A stretch of 64,000 nucleotides of DNA, from sequence record OR637327.1; one strand, 5' to 3'. Both the position numbers and the translations under genes were made by a program. The stretch is from Klebsiella phage iPHaGe-KPN-11i. The notes under the pieces were generated by a model. The model ran no database searches. It saw only the letters and a program-made list of their open reading frames with translations, and was not told where the DNA came from. Of this stretch, positions 1 through 8,792 are shown piece after piece (position 1 is the stretch's first letter; every line of letters begins with the position of its first letter).

Positions 1-1635
1 GAAGTCAAAGTTGCTGACGCTACCCATGCGATCTACCTGGACGAAGGGCGCGTGTATGTCCTGAACGCTGCAAACGGTGTTGTGCTGGTTCCAGAACACA
101 TCAAAAACATCTGGGCGCTGGGTGACAACGCGATCAATGATGTTGACGGCTTCGATCCAAACATCGCCAGTGAACAGCAAGTTCTGTATGTCGTGCTTTA
201 TCATGCACTACACACAATGAACCCTGATCTGGCATGGAAAGTGCTTCAAAAGCTGGGTGATGTCCGTCTGATCAAAGCGTATGACAACTGCTTTACCAAA
301 CAGGACTACTCCAACGCAAAAGACCTGATTGCACAGGCTGTTGTAGATCCGTCACAGCGTTTTGTTGATGGTATTGATTACAACATGGTTCCAGACGAAA
401 ACGCGTTCACTCTGGTTGATGCGCTCGAACTGCTGGCACAAACTGACACAGTGATCGACCTGTCTTCTGAGCACTGGGCGTACAACCGCACAGGCCGTCA
501 GACTGTACAGAAAGAAGATGATACACTGGATCAACTGTCTGAACAGATCGCAAACGCTGCAACCCCAGAAGAACGTAAAGCACTGGCGGCGCAAATGGTA
601 GCGCATGAAGTATGGGTTCCGAAGTTCACCCAGACTACAACCAAAGTATCGGTTAAACATCTGGTGGGTAACAGTTCCCGTCCTAACATTTCCATCAACA
701 CGGATCTGGAAGGGTATGTGACTATCCCAGAAAGCAAACAGAAAGAATTCGGTCTGCCGGAAAAAATCGAAACTAAGCAGGTGCGTAACTTCACCATCGT
801 TAAAGATGGTATCGTGAACGTTAAAGTTCTGCCGCTGGAAACCGATATTCCGACACTGAAAAACCTTCGTGCTTCTGGCCTGACTATCAAGCCGCTCGAA
901 AAAATCGGTGATGATCGTATGTCTGTTCTGGTAGACTTTACCTCTCTGCCTCTGGTTAACCGTGGCATGACTCGCGGGTTAAGCGGTAAAGAGTTCGTGA
1001 CTGATAACGTGCGTCTGGAAATCCTGAAAGGCCGTCAGAAGGTTATGAAGTTCTTCCGTGACAACGCGATCGGACTGCGCAACGCAGAAGGGCTGAAACA
1101 GCGCTTTGGTGAGGCTGCGGGTGAATGGCTGTCTGAACAGGGTATTCGTGATTACGGGTTCTCTCCGAAGGTTGAGCGCACAGAATCGACTGATGTTTAC
1201 ATGTCGAAAGAACTGAACGTGAAAATCAAGGGTGTTTCCTCCCTTCCTGCTGTAGCGGCTACCGTCGCGAAGCGTGAAGAAGGTAAGAAGAAACTGAACA
1301 ACGGCGACCTGATTATCCTGTGGGCTTACGATCAGGTGAAATCTGAACTGGATGCGCTTGACAAAGATCAGGTAGTCGAGTATCTTGATAAGCAGACAAA
1401 GGCAACGATTCAGGAAGTCCGTAAACTGAATGCCCGTTTAAGTCGCGTAATGTACGGTGTTGTAGTAGCCCATGCATGGTTCGCGGATCTGGACTTCGAA
1501 GAAACCAAAGTTTCTATCGCTGCGAAAGATATTCTTCCGAAAGAAGATAATATTCCGTCCGATTTCTGGAAAGTCTGGGAAACCACATCATTCGAATGTG
1601 AAATCGTCCTGGAAGAAAAAGAAGTCAAAATCTAA
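1..1635 (+). CDS. hypothetical large protein (5' partial, >527 aa); no family recognised
   Basis: Open frame from position 1 with no upstream stop; ends 1635; followed by a GC hairpin. Confidence 0.5.
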   Translation, partial: EVKVADATHAIYLDEGRVYVLNAANGVVLVPEHIKNIWALGDNAINDVDGFDPNIASEQQVLYVVLYHALHTMNPDLAWKVLQKLGDVRLIKAYDNCFTKQDYSNAKDLIAQAVVDPSQRFVDGIDYNMVPDENAFTLVDALELLAQTDTVIDLSSEHWAYNRTGRQTVQKEDDTLDQLSEQIANAATPEERKALAAQMVAHEVWVPKFTQTTTKVSVKHLVGNSSRPNISINTDLEGYVTIPESKQKEFGLPEKIETKQVRNFTIVKDGIVNVKVLPLETDIPTLKNLRASGLTIKPLEKIGDDRMSVLVDFTSLPLVNRGMTRGLSGKEFVTDNVRLEILKGRQKVMKFFRDNAIGLRNAEGLKQRFGEAAGEWLSEQGIRDYGFSPKVERTESTDVYMSKELNVKIKGVSSLPAVAATVAKREEGKKKLNNGDLIILWAYDQVKSELDALDKDQVVEYLDKQTKATIQEVRKLNARLSRVMYGVVVAHAWFADLDFEETKVSIAAKDILPKEDNIPSDFWKVWETTSFECEIVLEEKEVKI

Positions 1636-1676
1636 CAATGTCCGCCCCCGAAAGGGGGCATATTGAGGAAAATACT

Positions 1677-2303
1677 ATGTCACGTAACGTATTCTGGGAT
1701 GAAGTTGTAAAAGGCGATATCCTGTACCTGTCCGAACCACAAGCCTATCGTGAAAACGACGAAAAGAATCACGCATACGCGCCTATGCTGCCGGATTTCG
1801 TGGTTGTTGATGATGTATTTGTCGGTGAAAATGGCTGGCAGATCGATTTAGTCGGGTTCCCTTACAAAAAGGGTGCAATCCTTCTCGAACTGGAAGACCA
1901 TAATTTCTTCGCCCATGTTGGCAATATCGGAGATCATGGTGAATTCGGTATCGAAGATATCCGCGAAAACCCGTATGTATTCAGCAACTACTACAAGGTC
2001 GGCGGACACCTGCGCAGTGATAACAAAACTGTTCTGTATCTGGATGGTCTTCTGTCTGGAATGCATAATTTCAGCATCGAGAAGCCAGGCAACAGCGCAG
2101 AACTCTACCGCCTGTTTGAGAAGTACAATCATCAAGATGGTAAACTGTTGCCGTCAGAAATGGCTTACATTGTCAACCGTCTGATCATGGGACTACACAA
2201 AACATTCCTGATTCACTTTGACGGTGATATACAACAGGCGATGGAAACTGTGATCACCATCCTGAAAGAAAAATCACGCTGCATGGATACCCTGTCAAAA
2301 TGA
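1677..2303 (+). CDS. hypothetical protein (208 aa)
   Basis: ORF 1638..2303; ATG at 1677 preceded by a GAGG Shine-Dalgarno, directly after the hairpin gcccccgaaagggggc. Confidence 0.5.
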   Translation: MSRNVFWDEVVKGDILYLSEPQAYRENDEKNHAYAPMLPDFVVVDDVFVGENGWQIDLVGFPYKKGAILLELEDHNFFAHVGNIGDHGEFGIEDIRENPYVFSNYYKVGGHLRSDNKTVLYLDGLLSGMHNFSIEKPGNSAELYRLFEKYNHQDGKLLPSEMAYIVNRLIMGLHKTFLIHFDGDIQQAMETVITILKEKSRCMDTLSK

Positions 2304-2491
2304 CTCTATTCTTTATCATTGCATTGGGTGTGTTTATTCTGGGCGCTGCGATTTCATTCATGGCGTTCGATAAGCGCGAATATCAAATGGTTGTCATTGG
2401 CCTTATCGTGGCAAGTATCCCGCTGGTGTTGTCATACAACCTGTATCATGAGAAAATCGCGGAGAACGCGAAATATGAGGCAAGACGATGA
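2300..2491 (+). CDS. small membrane protein (2 TM)
   Basis: 63 aa, two hydrophobic helices; ATGA overlap with the upstream ORF. Confidence 0.45.
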   Translation: MTLFFIIALGVFILGAAISFMAFDKREYQMVVIGLIVASIPLVLSYNLYHEKIAENAKYEARR

Positions 2492-2955
2492 AGATCCGTT
2501 CTGGGTTCGTGAGCAATAGCTCAAGCAGTAGTTTTATCATCGGGGTCGGACTTGTCCGCCCTGGTAAAGAAAAAGAAGTGGCGGCGATTTACGGCGAAAA
2601 CAACATTGAATCGCTGATGGATATGTTTGATGATACTCGTCCTCGCTGGGATTTACCTCAAATACACGATGACGGCACAATCACACTGGAAGCGTTCGGA
2701 TGTAATAGCGTAGAAATAACCCGCATCTGGGACAAGTTGAAAGAACTGAATCTGGATGATGTTAAAATCGTTCACTTCAATGAGCGCGGCGACGAACCGG
2801 AATACGACGATGAAACCGGAAGTTATAACTATGACTGGTATGACGACGCGGACGCATTCGGGCCGGAACTCGAAAAGAAATACAATCTCCTGAGAGATAA
2901 CCGCGAACTGTTTATTGAAGGTGATGTTCGTTGCGGTGGTGGTTATGACGGCTAA
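2488..2955 (+). CDS. hypothetical acidic protein
   Basis: 155-aa ORF; start overlaps the stop of the upstream ORF. Confidence 0.5.
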   Translation: MKIRSGFVSNSSSSSFIIGVGLVRPGKEKEVAAIYGENNIESLMDMFDDTRPRWDLPQIHDDGTITLEAFGCNSVEITRIWDKLKELNLDDVKIVHFNERGDEPEYDDETGSYNYDWYDDADAFGPELEKKYNLLRDNRELFIEGDVRCGGGYDG

Positions 2956-3088
2956 ACGATTGGTGATCTGTTACCGCTGTTTGCATGTGTATGATCACAA
3001 CACAGCGAAGCGAACAGCAACAAAGCGCTTGCGCGTTAAAGAGGCGGAATGTCCTCTCTGTAAATGTAAAATCTGTTTGGGGTAATCC

Positions 3089-3379
3089 ATGATAACGATA
3101 GTATACTGGGAAGAACTGGAAAGCGAATTCAGTGATGAAGCTGGAGAAATGGCTGCTGTAGCGGGTGAATCTGAAATGCTTACAGCTACCGAAAGTATGG
3201 ATGATGCATTTGATCGCATCAAGAAACACCAGAAAGAAAACGAAGGTCGGGATATTCAGTACATGCTATCGTTCTGGCTGGATGGTGAAATCTTCTGTCA
3301 TGCTGCTATTGCTGAGGATACTCCGGTCGATATGTGTCGTGAAGAAATCGTGAAGTACGTCAAATCTTTTATGCATTAA
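3089..3379 (+). CDS. hypothetical acidic protein
   Basis: 96-aa ORF with SD-like tggggtaatccATG. Confidence 0.45.
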   Translation: MITIVYWEELESEFSDEAGEMAAVAGESEMLTATESMDDAFDRIKKHQKENEGRDIQYMLSFWLDGEIFCHAAIAEDTPVDMCREEIVKYVKSFMH

Positions 3380-3397
3380 TTAAATGAGAATTGAAAA

Positions 3398-4051
3398 ATG
3401 GCTTATGTATCTAAAAAAATTGAAATAATTTCGTCGATGATGGGTAAAACCCTGGAAGAGATCGACCGGATTGGGAAGAACTTTAAAGATGAAGTTTTCC
3501 GTTTACCTGAACGTGAAATAAATTTAATCCCGCATTTCAACACGGTTAAAATTCTGATCGATCCTGGTTTTGGATTGACGGCAACTCATTACATTGTCGG
3601 TAATGTCCCGTATATGTTCGTGTTCAGAAAATCTAAGCTGATTGCGTATTTCGATCGCGCTAATCTTGGACACATTCGGGCAATCATCGACCGGATCGAC
3701 CGTTATGAAGTCGGGAATTACACGGAACAAACCAGACGCACTACATACGGAAAGATTACGAGTATGCTGGAACAAACCAAACAATTCGACGGAGCTAACA
3801 TCGAATTGATTGATGACCTGCTAAAAAGAATCAACAAGTTCAAAGAAGCGTTTGACGTAAAGAAAACTGTGATTGCTGAACCAGAAACGGTGAAAGCACC
3901 AACCCTGTCATCTTTCGAAGAACCAGAAACCATTCCAGTAAACACAGCGTTGAAATACATCATCGAAATCGAACCAACAGATCTTGATGCAACATGTAAA
4001 GCATTGAATTCTATAGGGATTAATTTCACTCTCTATAATAAATTCAGTTAA
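3398..4051 (+). CDS. hypothetical protein
   Basis: 217-aa ORF; followed by a terminator hairpin at 4056-4085. Confidence 0.55.
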   Translation: MAYVSKKIEIISSMMGKTLEEIDRIGKNFKDEVFRLPEREINLIPHFNTVKILIDPGFGLTATHYIVGNVPYMFVFRKSKLIAYFDRANLGHIRAIIDRIDRYEVGNYTEQTRRTTYGKITSMLEQTKQFDGANIELIDDLLKRINKFKEAFDVKKTVIAEPETVKAPTLSSFEEPETIPVNTALKYIIEIEPTDLDATCKALNSIGINFTLYNKFS

Positions 4052-4055
4052 CCCA

Positions 4056-4130
4056 AAAAGCCCTTGCGTTCGCGTGAGGGCTTTGTTATATTACACATAT
4101 CGAAACGGAACAGCCAAAAGGAACGAGAAC
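4056..4130 (+). promoter_or_regulatory. PeSL-like cassette: terminator hairpin + promoter + conserved leader (ATCGAAACGGAACAGCCAAAAGGAAC)
   Basis: aaaagcccttgcgttcgcgtgagggctttgttatattacacatatcgaaacggaacagccaaaaggaac; matches copies at 13640-13722(-), 33883-33965(-), 59876-59948 and 60305-60386. Confidence 0.55.
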
Positions 4131-4346
4131 ATGAAAGCTAAAATGATGAAGTTCGTAAAAGACTGGAGAAAAGGCGCGACAATCGGTGAGAGCTACGTAA
4201 TCGTAGACATCGAAAGCAACCTGCTCGAAGGTGCGAACGTTTTAGAAGTTCCTCGTTACGGTATGGTTGAAGCCGCTGATAAAGCAAAAGAACTGAATGG
4301 TTACGTTCTCCACATCATCGAAGCAATCGAGAAGGAATTAGCATGA
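4131..4346 (+). CDS. hypothetical protein (71 aa)
   Basis: ATG 4131 with AAGGAAC SD inside the conserved leader; in-frame part of ORF 4074..4346. Confidence 0.5.
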   Translation: MKAKMMKFVKDWRKGATIGESYVIVDIESNLLEGANVLEVPRYGMVEAADKAKELNGYVLHIIEAIEKELA

Positions 4347-4573
4347 ACAGCGTTTATCTGATTGAAGAAACCATTATCCAGCCAAACGGCGGAGTGTATG
4401 AAAAGAATATCGTGTGTGCTGCCCTGGATGAACAAGAGGCAAATCACAAAGTGAAATATTTAAATGAAAATGCTGTTGTATGTCAGACGTATTCCGGTTA
4501 TAGTGTTGCATATGCTTGGAAAGCGGTTAGTTTAGAAACCCAACCATCTTGGTTAATCAACCTGAAAAAATAA
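4343..4573 (+). CDS. hypothetical protein
   Basis: 76 aa; ATGA overlap with the upstream gene. Confidence 0.45.
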   Translation: MNSVYLIEETIIQPNGGVYEKNIVCAALDEQEANHKVKYLNENAVVCQTYSGYSVAYAWKAVSLETQPSWLINLKK

Positions 4574-4583
4574 GGGGCTTATC

Positions 4584-5081
4584 ATGAAAATGAATTACGT
4601 TCGCGGCGGTATCATGGCACTGTTACTGAAAGGTGTTTCTCGTAGTGAGAATCGTATGGGTATGGGGCCGATGGGTAAAGTCTGGTCTGTCTATATTGGC
4701 GGTGACTGTATCGGTTACATCGGCAATGATGGATTGAGCCGCGTTTACCTGGCTATCTCAAGCGGAGGCCGTGAAGTCGAATGTAGTAATTTCATGCAAG
4801 CACTTGCGCAGTTCATTGATACTGCGATTACTCAGATTGAAAAACAGGGTTGTATCGAACGTCGTTACGCGAACAAGATCGGGATGATTGAATATTCCAA
4901 CTTCTGCTTCGAAGTCGAAGAAGTGCGTTATGATACGATGGATGAAGTATACGAATATGTGCTTCGTGGTGAGGAAGTGATTAAGTCCTATAACGGGACG
5001 AAGGTTGTCAATAACCGCTCTTTCATCACTCCGTTCGAATTGCGATATCAACAGCTAATGGGCTGGATCGTGATGGAATAA
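4584..5081 (+). CDS. hypothetical protein
   Basis: 165 aa; SD aaggggcttatcATG. Confidence 0.5.
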   Translation: MKMNYVRGGIMALLLKGVSRSENRMGMGPMGKVWSVYIGGDCIGYIGNDGLSRVYLAISSGGREVECSNFMQALAQFIDTAITQIEKQGCIERRYANKIGMIEYSNFCFEVEEVRYDTMDEVYEYVLRGEEVIKSYNGTKVVNNRSFITPFELRYQQLMGWIVME

Positions 5082-5082
5082 G

Positions 5083-5106
5083 AAAAGCCCCTTTCGGGGC
5101 TTTTTT
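5083..5106. terminator. bidirectional rho-independent terminator between convergent genes
   Basis: aaaagcccctttcggggctttttt: GC stem flanked by A-run and T-run. Confidence 0.65.
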
Positions 5107-5107
5107 G

Positions 5108-5509
5108 TTATGAGGATGATAGCTGGAGTTTGATTCTTTCTATTTCTTCCGGTTCATCAATGATGCTGTAGTAAATCGTTACGGTGATCGCGTTCTCGTC
5201 ATACTGCGGAATCACTTCAACATCCAGATTGTAAACACGGGGTTCGTATGCGCGGATCGCGGAGACAATCGAAGTCCTTACTGCTTCCGCTGTTAGCGGG
5301 TTCATGTTCTCGAAAATCTGTTCCCCGATCTCACAACCAAAGTTGCTATCGAAAGGCCGTGTGCCTTTTTGTGTTGTTACGATACCGATCAGACTATTCT
5401 TTACCGCTGCCGCCCCTTTCGAGGCGGTTACGTCATTGTTCCAGTCTTTTGTTAAGTTGGGATCGATATCGCTATACAGTAAGCGAAGGTTAACACCCAT
5501 TTTATCCAA
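5108..5509 (-). CDS. 25: baseplate wedge subunit gp25 (GPW/gp25 family)
   Basis: LYSDIDPNLTKDWNNDV...RPFDSNFGCEI...EQIKLQL closely matches T4 gp25; 133 aa. Confidence 0.8.
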   Translation of the reverse strand: MDKMGVNLRLLYSDIDPNLTKDWNNDVTASKGAAAVKNSLIGIVTTQKGTRPFDSNFGCEIGEQIFENMNPLTAEAVRTSIVSAIRAYEPRVYNLDVEVIPQYDENAITVTIYYSIIDEPEEIERIKLQLSSS

Positions 5510-6065
5510 CCACCTTTAGAAACGCCTCTAAGCCTCTCAGTGCAACGATATGTTCGTAGCCACACGAACACCTTACCGGAATGTTTGCAACGATTGCTGG
5601 CTTATCCAGAGCGCTATTTATTGATTTAAAGACCGGATAGTCGATACTATCCAGAACGGCTTCTTTCTCTGACTCTTTACAGTCATCCCATAAGATTTGT
5701 TCACCGTCGATGACTACAAACTTAATCAGTTCGGGTAACTCTTCCTTTCCGGTGCGGTGTGGTTCGACTGAAATCTTGATCTCATTGCCGTACAGCTTTT
5801 CTTCGTATTCATCCACCATGATATGATGACGATTGAGCACAAACTTAATCAGTTCCCCGCATTCAGGGCATTTGATTTGGAGATCTACAGTCTCTTTGTT
5901 GATACTGTCGAACAGAGCCATAATGTAAACATAATCGCGCTGATGCTTGAACACATCACCTTCAATAATGAAGTTATCCGTGTCATCAAGATCGCCAATG
6001 GTTAACGGGCGATAAGTCACATTATATTTTGGGATATGTCGTGGTGTATGTTTACGCATTTGCAT
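5502..6065 (-). CDS. baseplate hub subunit, gp26-like (CxxC...CxCG zinc motif)
   Basis: Position and size relative to gene 25 and the gp51-like ORF; assignment is by synteny only. Confidence 0.4.
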   Translation of the reverse strand: MQMRKHTPRHIPKYNVTYRPLTIGDLDDTDNFIIEGDVFKHQRDYVYIMALFDSINKETVDLQIKCPECGELIKFVLNRHHIMVDEYEEKLYGNEIKISVEPHRTGKEELPELIKFVVIDGEQILWDDCKESEKEAVLDSIDYPVFKSINSALDKPAIVANIPVRCSCGYEHIVALRGLEAFLKVVG

Positions 6066-6795
6066 TCTCTTTTCGTTTCAAGTCTTCCGCCAGCAATGCA
6101 ACGTAAATTGAACGTTCCATCGGGCTTCCATTCATTATAGGTTCAATCTGTACGGTATTCTTATTTAACAAATAGTTGGTTTTGAAGAACTCATTCAGTT
6201 CTGATTTGTTGAACAGGATTTTGTACAGTGTCAATAAGTCGCTGAACTCAATATCACGCACGGTAACATGACAGGACTTGCGTAACAGTTTAACGATATT
6301 TTCCATATCTTCAATAGACACCAGATCCAGGATCGCGTTCTTTGTATCCTCGTCTAATGCATTCCATTCGTATCTTTCGCCGTCCTGCTTGACATACTGG
6401 ATACATTCAAGGAATAATTGTTCACTGTTGTTACGATGTTTCGGGAATTTGAATCCCAGAGTAAGCGAATCATCAAGGGCATATTCATTTTGCAGAACGT
6501 AATCAGTTACATGCATGAATGCTTCTGATTGTCCGCTGCTTCCTTTGATTCGGATCTTGATTGCGTTCTTACCGAACGATACACAATACACCTTAGTGAA
6601 TATGTTTTCCTGTTCGGTGCGGGAATAACCCGGATACAGAATATCTAAAATTTCATCCAGCATTTCTTGCTGTTCTGTGAGCGTCTTCCCTTCCATGTCC
6701 GCGCTTGTGAGTAAGAAACTCAACTGATCGCGCACGGTAAACATAGGGAATCGCTTCACTCCACCAGGGAGTTTTACGCGGATTATATCAATCAT
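6052..6795 (-). CDS. baseplate hub assembly protein, gp51-like
   Basis: 247 aa (T4 gp51 is 249 aa); overlaps the downstream gp26-like gene as in T4; synteny-based. Confidence 0.4.
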   Translation of the reverse strand: MIDIIRVKLPGGVKRFPMFTVRDQLSFLLTSADMEGKTLTEQQEMLDEILDILYPGYSRTEQENIFTKVYCVSFGKNAIKIRIKGSSGQSEAFMHVTDYVLQNEYALDDSLTLGFKFPKHRNNSEQLFLECIQYVKQDGERYEWNALDEDTKNAILDLVSIEDMENIVKLLRKSCHVTVRDIEFSDLLTLYKILFNKSELNEFFKTNYLLNKNTVQIEPIMNGSPMERSIYVALLAEDLKRKENANA

Positions 6796-6802
6796 TTTAA
6801 CC

Positions 6803-6824
6803 TCAAAAGGGGCTTTCGCCCCTT
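6803..6824 (-). terminator. hairpin + T-run between gp54 and the gp51-like gene
   Basis: Minus strand reads aaggggcgaaagcccctttt. Confidence 0.5.
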
Positions 6825-7686
6825 ATTGTCCTGTAACCACACCACGAACGGCAATTGCTGCCCCTTCGATAAGTGATTGTTTGAATCCGTCCCAACCTTC
6901 TTTATCTGCTTCGACAAGCCAGCCTGTTTTATAGGCAAAGTCAACAGTGAATGTCCAGATTTCGTTATTGCTTTCATAACTCAGTTCTGGATTGCTGACT
7001 TTAACAGGCAAACACTTCTGGAATACATACGTGCTGTGCGGGACACCATCGCGATTGTGTAAGTTTACCTGGATCGCGCTTGATACTTCATCAATGAATG
7101 CGAACTGGCCTGAGACATCATCACGAATAGCTGATAACCATTCGTTGAATACTTTCAGGTTACGCGCTTCTGAATCCACACGGAACGTTAGCGATAATTC
7201 ACCATTCTCCGGTCGGGTGAATCGGATCTGGGGTACACCGCCATTATACACGTATTCATAACCCAGTGTTTTACCAGGCAACTGAACACCAACGATGCTC
7301 AACCCCATATTATACATCATTTTGTCACGGAATTCTGTTAGCATCTGTCCGTAAACACTATCACCAAACAGGGAAGTAATTAAACGAGGGCTTAACGCCC
7401 CCATGATTTTACTGAAACCTGTTTTGTTCAGGGACATAATAGCTTTATCAACTGTATAGCTGAATAGCTTGCTTACGCCCCCTGTAATAGCGTTCATGAA
7501 CTCGTTCGGGTTATTCGCGTTAATGGAACTCATAGTACCATCTATTAAAGTATCGCGGATACTCCCTATCGTGCTATCGAGAATGCGTGATGCTGGACTG
7601 GTTGCGAATACAACACTAAACAGGTTGCTTCGCTGAAAGTCTCTATTTGCCATTCCTGACAAAAATTCATCTACGCTATAGAACAT
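6823..7686 (-). CDS. 54: baseplate tail tube initiator gp54
   Basis: N-terminus FLSGMANRDFQRSNLFSVVFATSP aligns to T4 gp54 (ADFQRNNMFSCVFATTP). Confidence 0.7.
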   Translation of the reverse strand: MFYSVDEFLSGMANRDFQRSNLFSVVFATSPASRILDSTIGSIRDTLIDGTMSSINANNPNEFMNAITGGVSKLFSYTVDKAIMSLNKTGFSKIMGALSPRLITSLFGDSVYGQMLTEFRDKMMYNMGLSIVGVQLPGKTLGYEYVYNGGVPQIRFTRPENGELSLTFRVDSEARNLKVFNEWLSAIRDDVSGQFAFIDEVSSAIQVNLHNRDGVPHSTYVFQKCLPVKVSNPELSYESNNEIWTFTVDFAYKTGWLVEADKEGWDGFKQSLIEGAAIAVRGVVTGQ

Positions 7687-7695
7687 TGTTCCCCC

Positions 7696-8781
7696 TTAAT
7701 ACTGCGTATCAAAAATCGAATCCTGACGCATATCGATCAGTTCCATAAACTGAATTTCGATTTCAACTGCGATCGGGGTGTTCGGTGATTCTCTCAACGT
7801 ATTTACAATGTTGTCCATTGTACGCCCGAAACGAACGCTGGTAATACCTGCTGGCCCAAATGTAGAATGAGGGAACCGCAAACTGTCACCTGTCTGGAAG
7901 TCACGAATAAACCACACAGGAGGCGATTTAATAACTTCAACGTTCGATACGAAGTCAACAATCTGATCCCCGATACTGCCGTTGAAATCGCTTGCTGTCG
8001 TCTGGTTTGTTGATGGTGCAAAAACGTTTGCAACCTTCGAAGCGCTGGAATTATACGCTTGCTTAACCAGTCCGGCTAATTCTGCTGGAGTACCACCCGA
8101 AGTAGTACCATAACCCAACACCGTGAACAGGTAATAGATTTTAATCAGTTCCAGCAGGTCATAACGGCTTTCGATAACGAATGTATTGTAATACATCTTT
8201 GTGCGCTTATCAGAGCCTTGAAACGCTGCTTTCGTACCGATGTCGATTGCTTCCCTACGGTCTGCCAGAATACCACCAGAAACGGATTCTACAGCGCCCC
8301 AGATAACGTTTGATACTGCACGGGATAGACCTTTAGCAACAATACTATCGGTCGCGTCCTGATAGCGGTGTGAGTTCACTTCGTTATCGTTCAGGCTTCG
8401 CGGTAAAAGTATTTGACAAATTGGGTTAAGTGTACCCATAGTACGGGTATTCAAAACCTGTTTGTATCGAACGTTCCCAGTGTTGGCACTAAGGATCTGT
8501 TGCGCGTTCTGTGCGGCCTGACGCAATGAGCGATAGTTATCTTTGCTTCCTGGTGCAAGTCCACCACTGAAATCATATGCTGTAAACAGCAAGCCGTTAT
8601 TATAAAGGCTTGATGCGTTGTACGCGTTATCAATACCTGCTGCACGTTGGGAAGGAAATTCCGCTGTTACGATCGGTTGAGTCAACGCGTTTTTAGTTGT
8701 TGCAGCACCCCCAGAGGGGATGCCAGCATTTTTGATTTCAGCAAATGATTGTACAGTGTCTTGCAATACTGTAATTTTCAT
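7696..8781 (-). CDS. 48: baseplate tail tube cap gp48-like
   Basis: 361 aa (T4 gp48 is 364 aa), located between the gp29-like and gp54 genes. Confidence 0.55.
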   Translation of the reverse strand: MKITVLQDTVQSFAEIKNAGIPSGGAATTKNALTQPIVTAEFPSQRAAGIDNAYNASSLYNNGLLFTAYDFSGGLAPGSKDNYRSLRQAAQNAQQILSANTGNVRYKQVLNTRTMGTLNPICQILLPRSLNDNEVNSHRYQDATDSIVAKGLSRAVSNVIWGAVESVSGGILADRREAIDIGTKAAFQGSDKRTKMYYNTFVIESRYDLLELIKIYYLFTVLGYGTTSGGTPAELAGLVKQAYNSSASKVANVFAPSTNQTTASDFNGSIGDQIVDFVSNVEVIKSPPVWFIRDFQTGDSLRFPHSTFGPAGITSVRFGRTMDNIVNTLRESPNTPIAVEIEIQFMELIDMRQDSIFDTQY

Positions 8782-8792
8782 TTAAATTTCCT

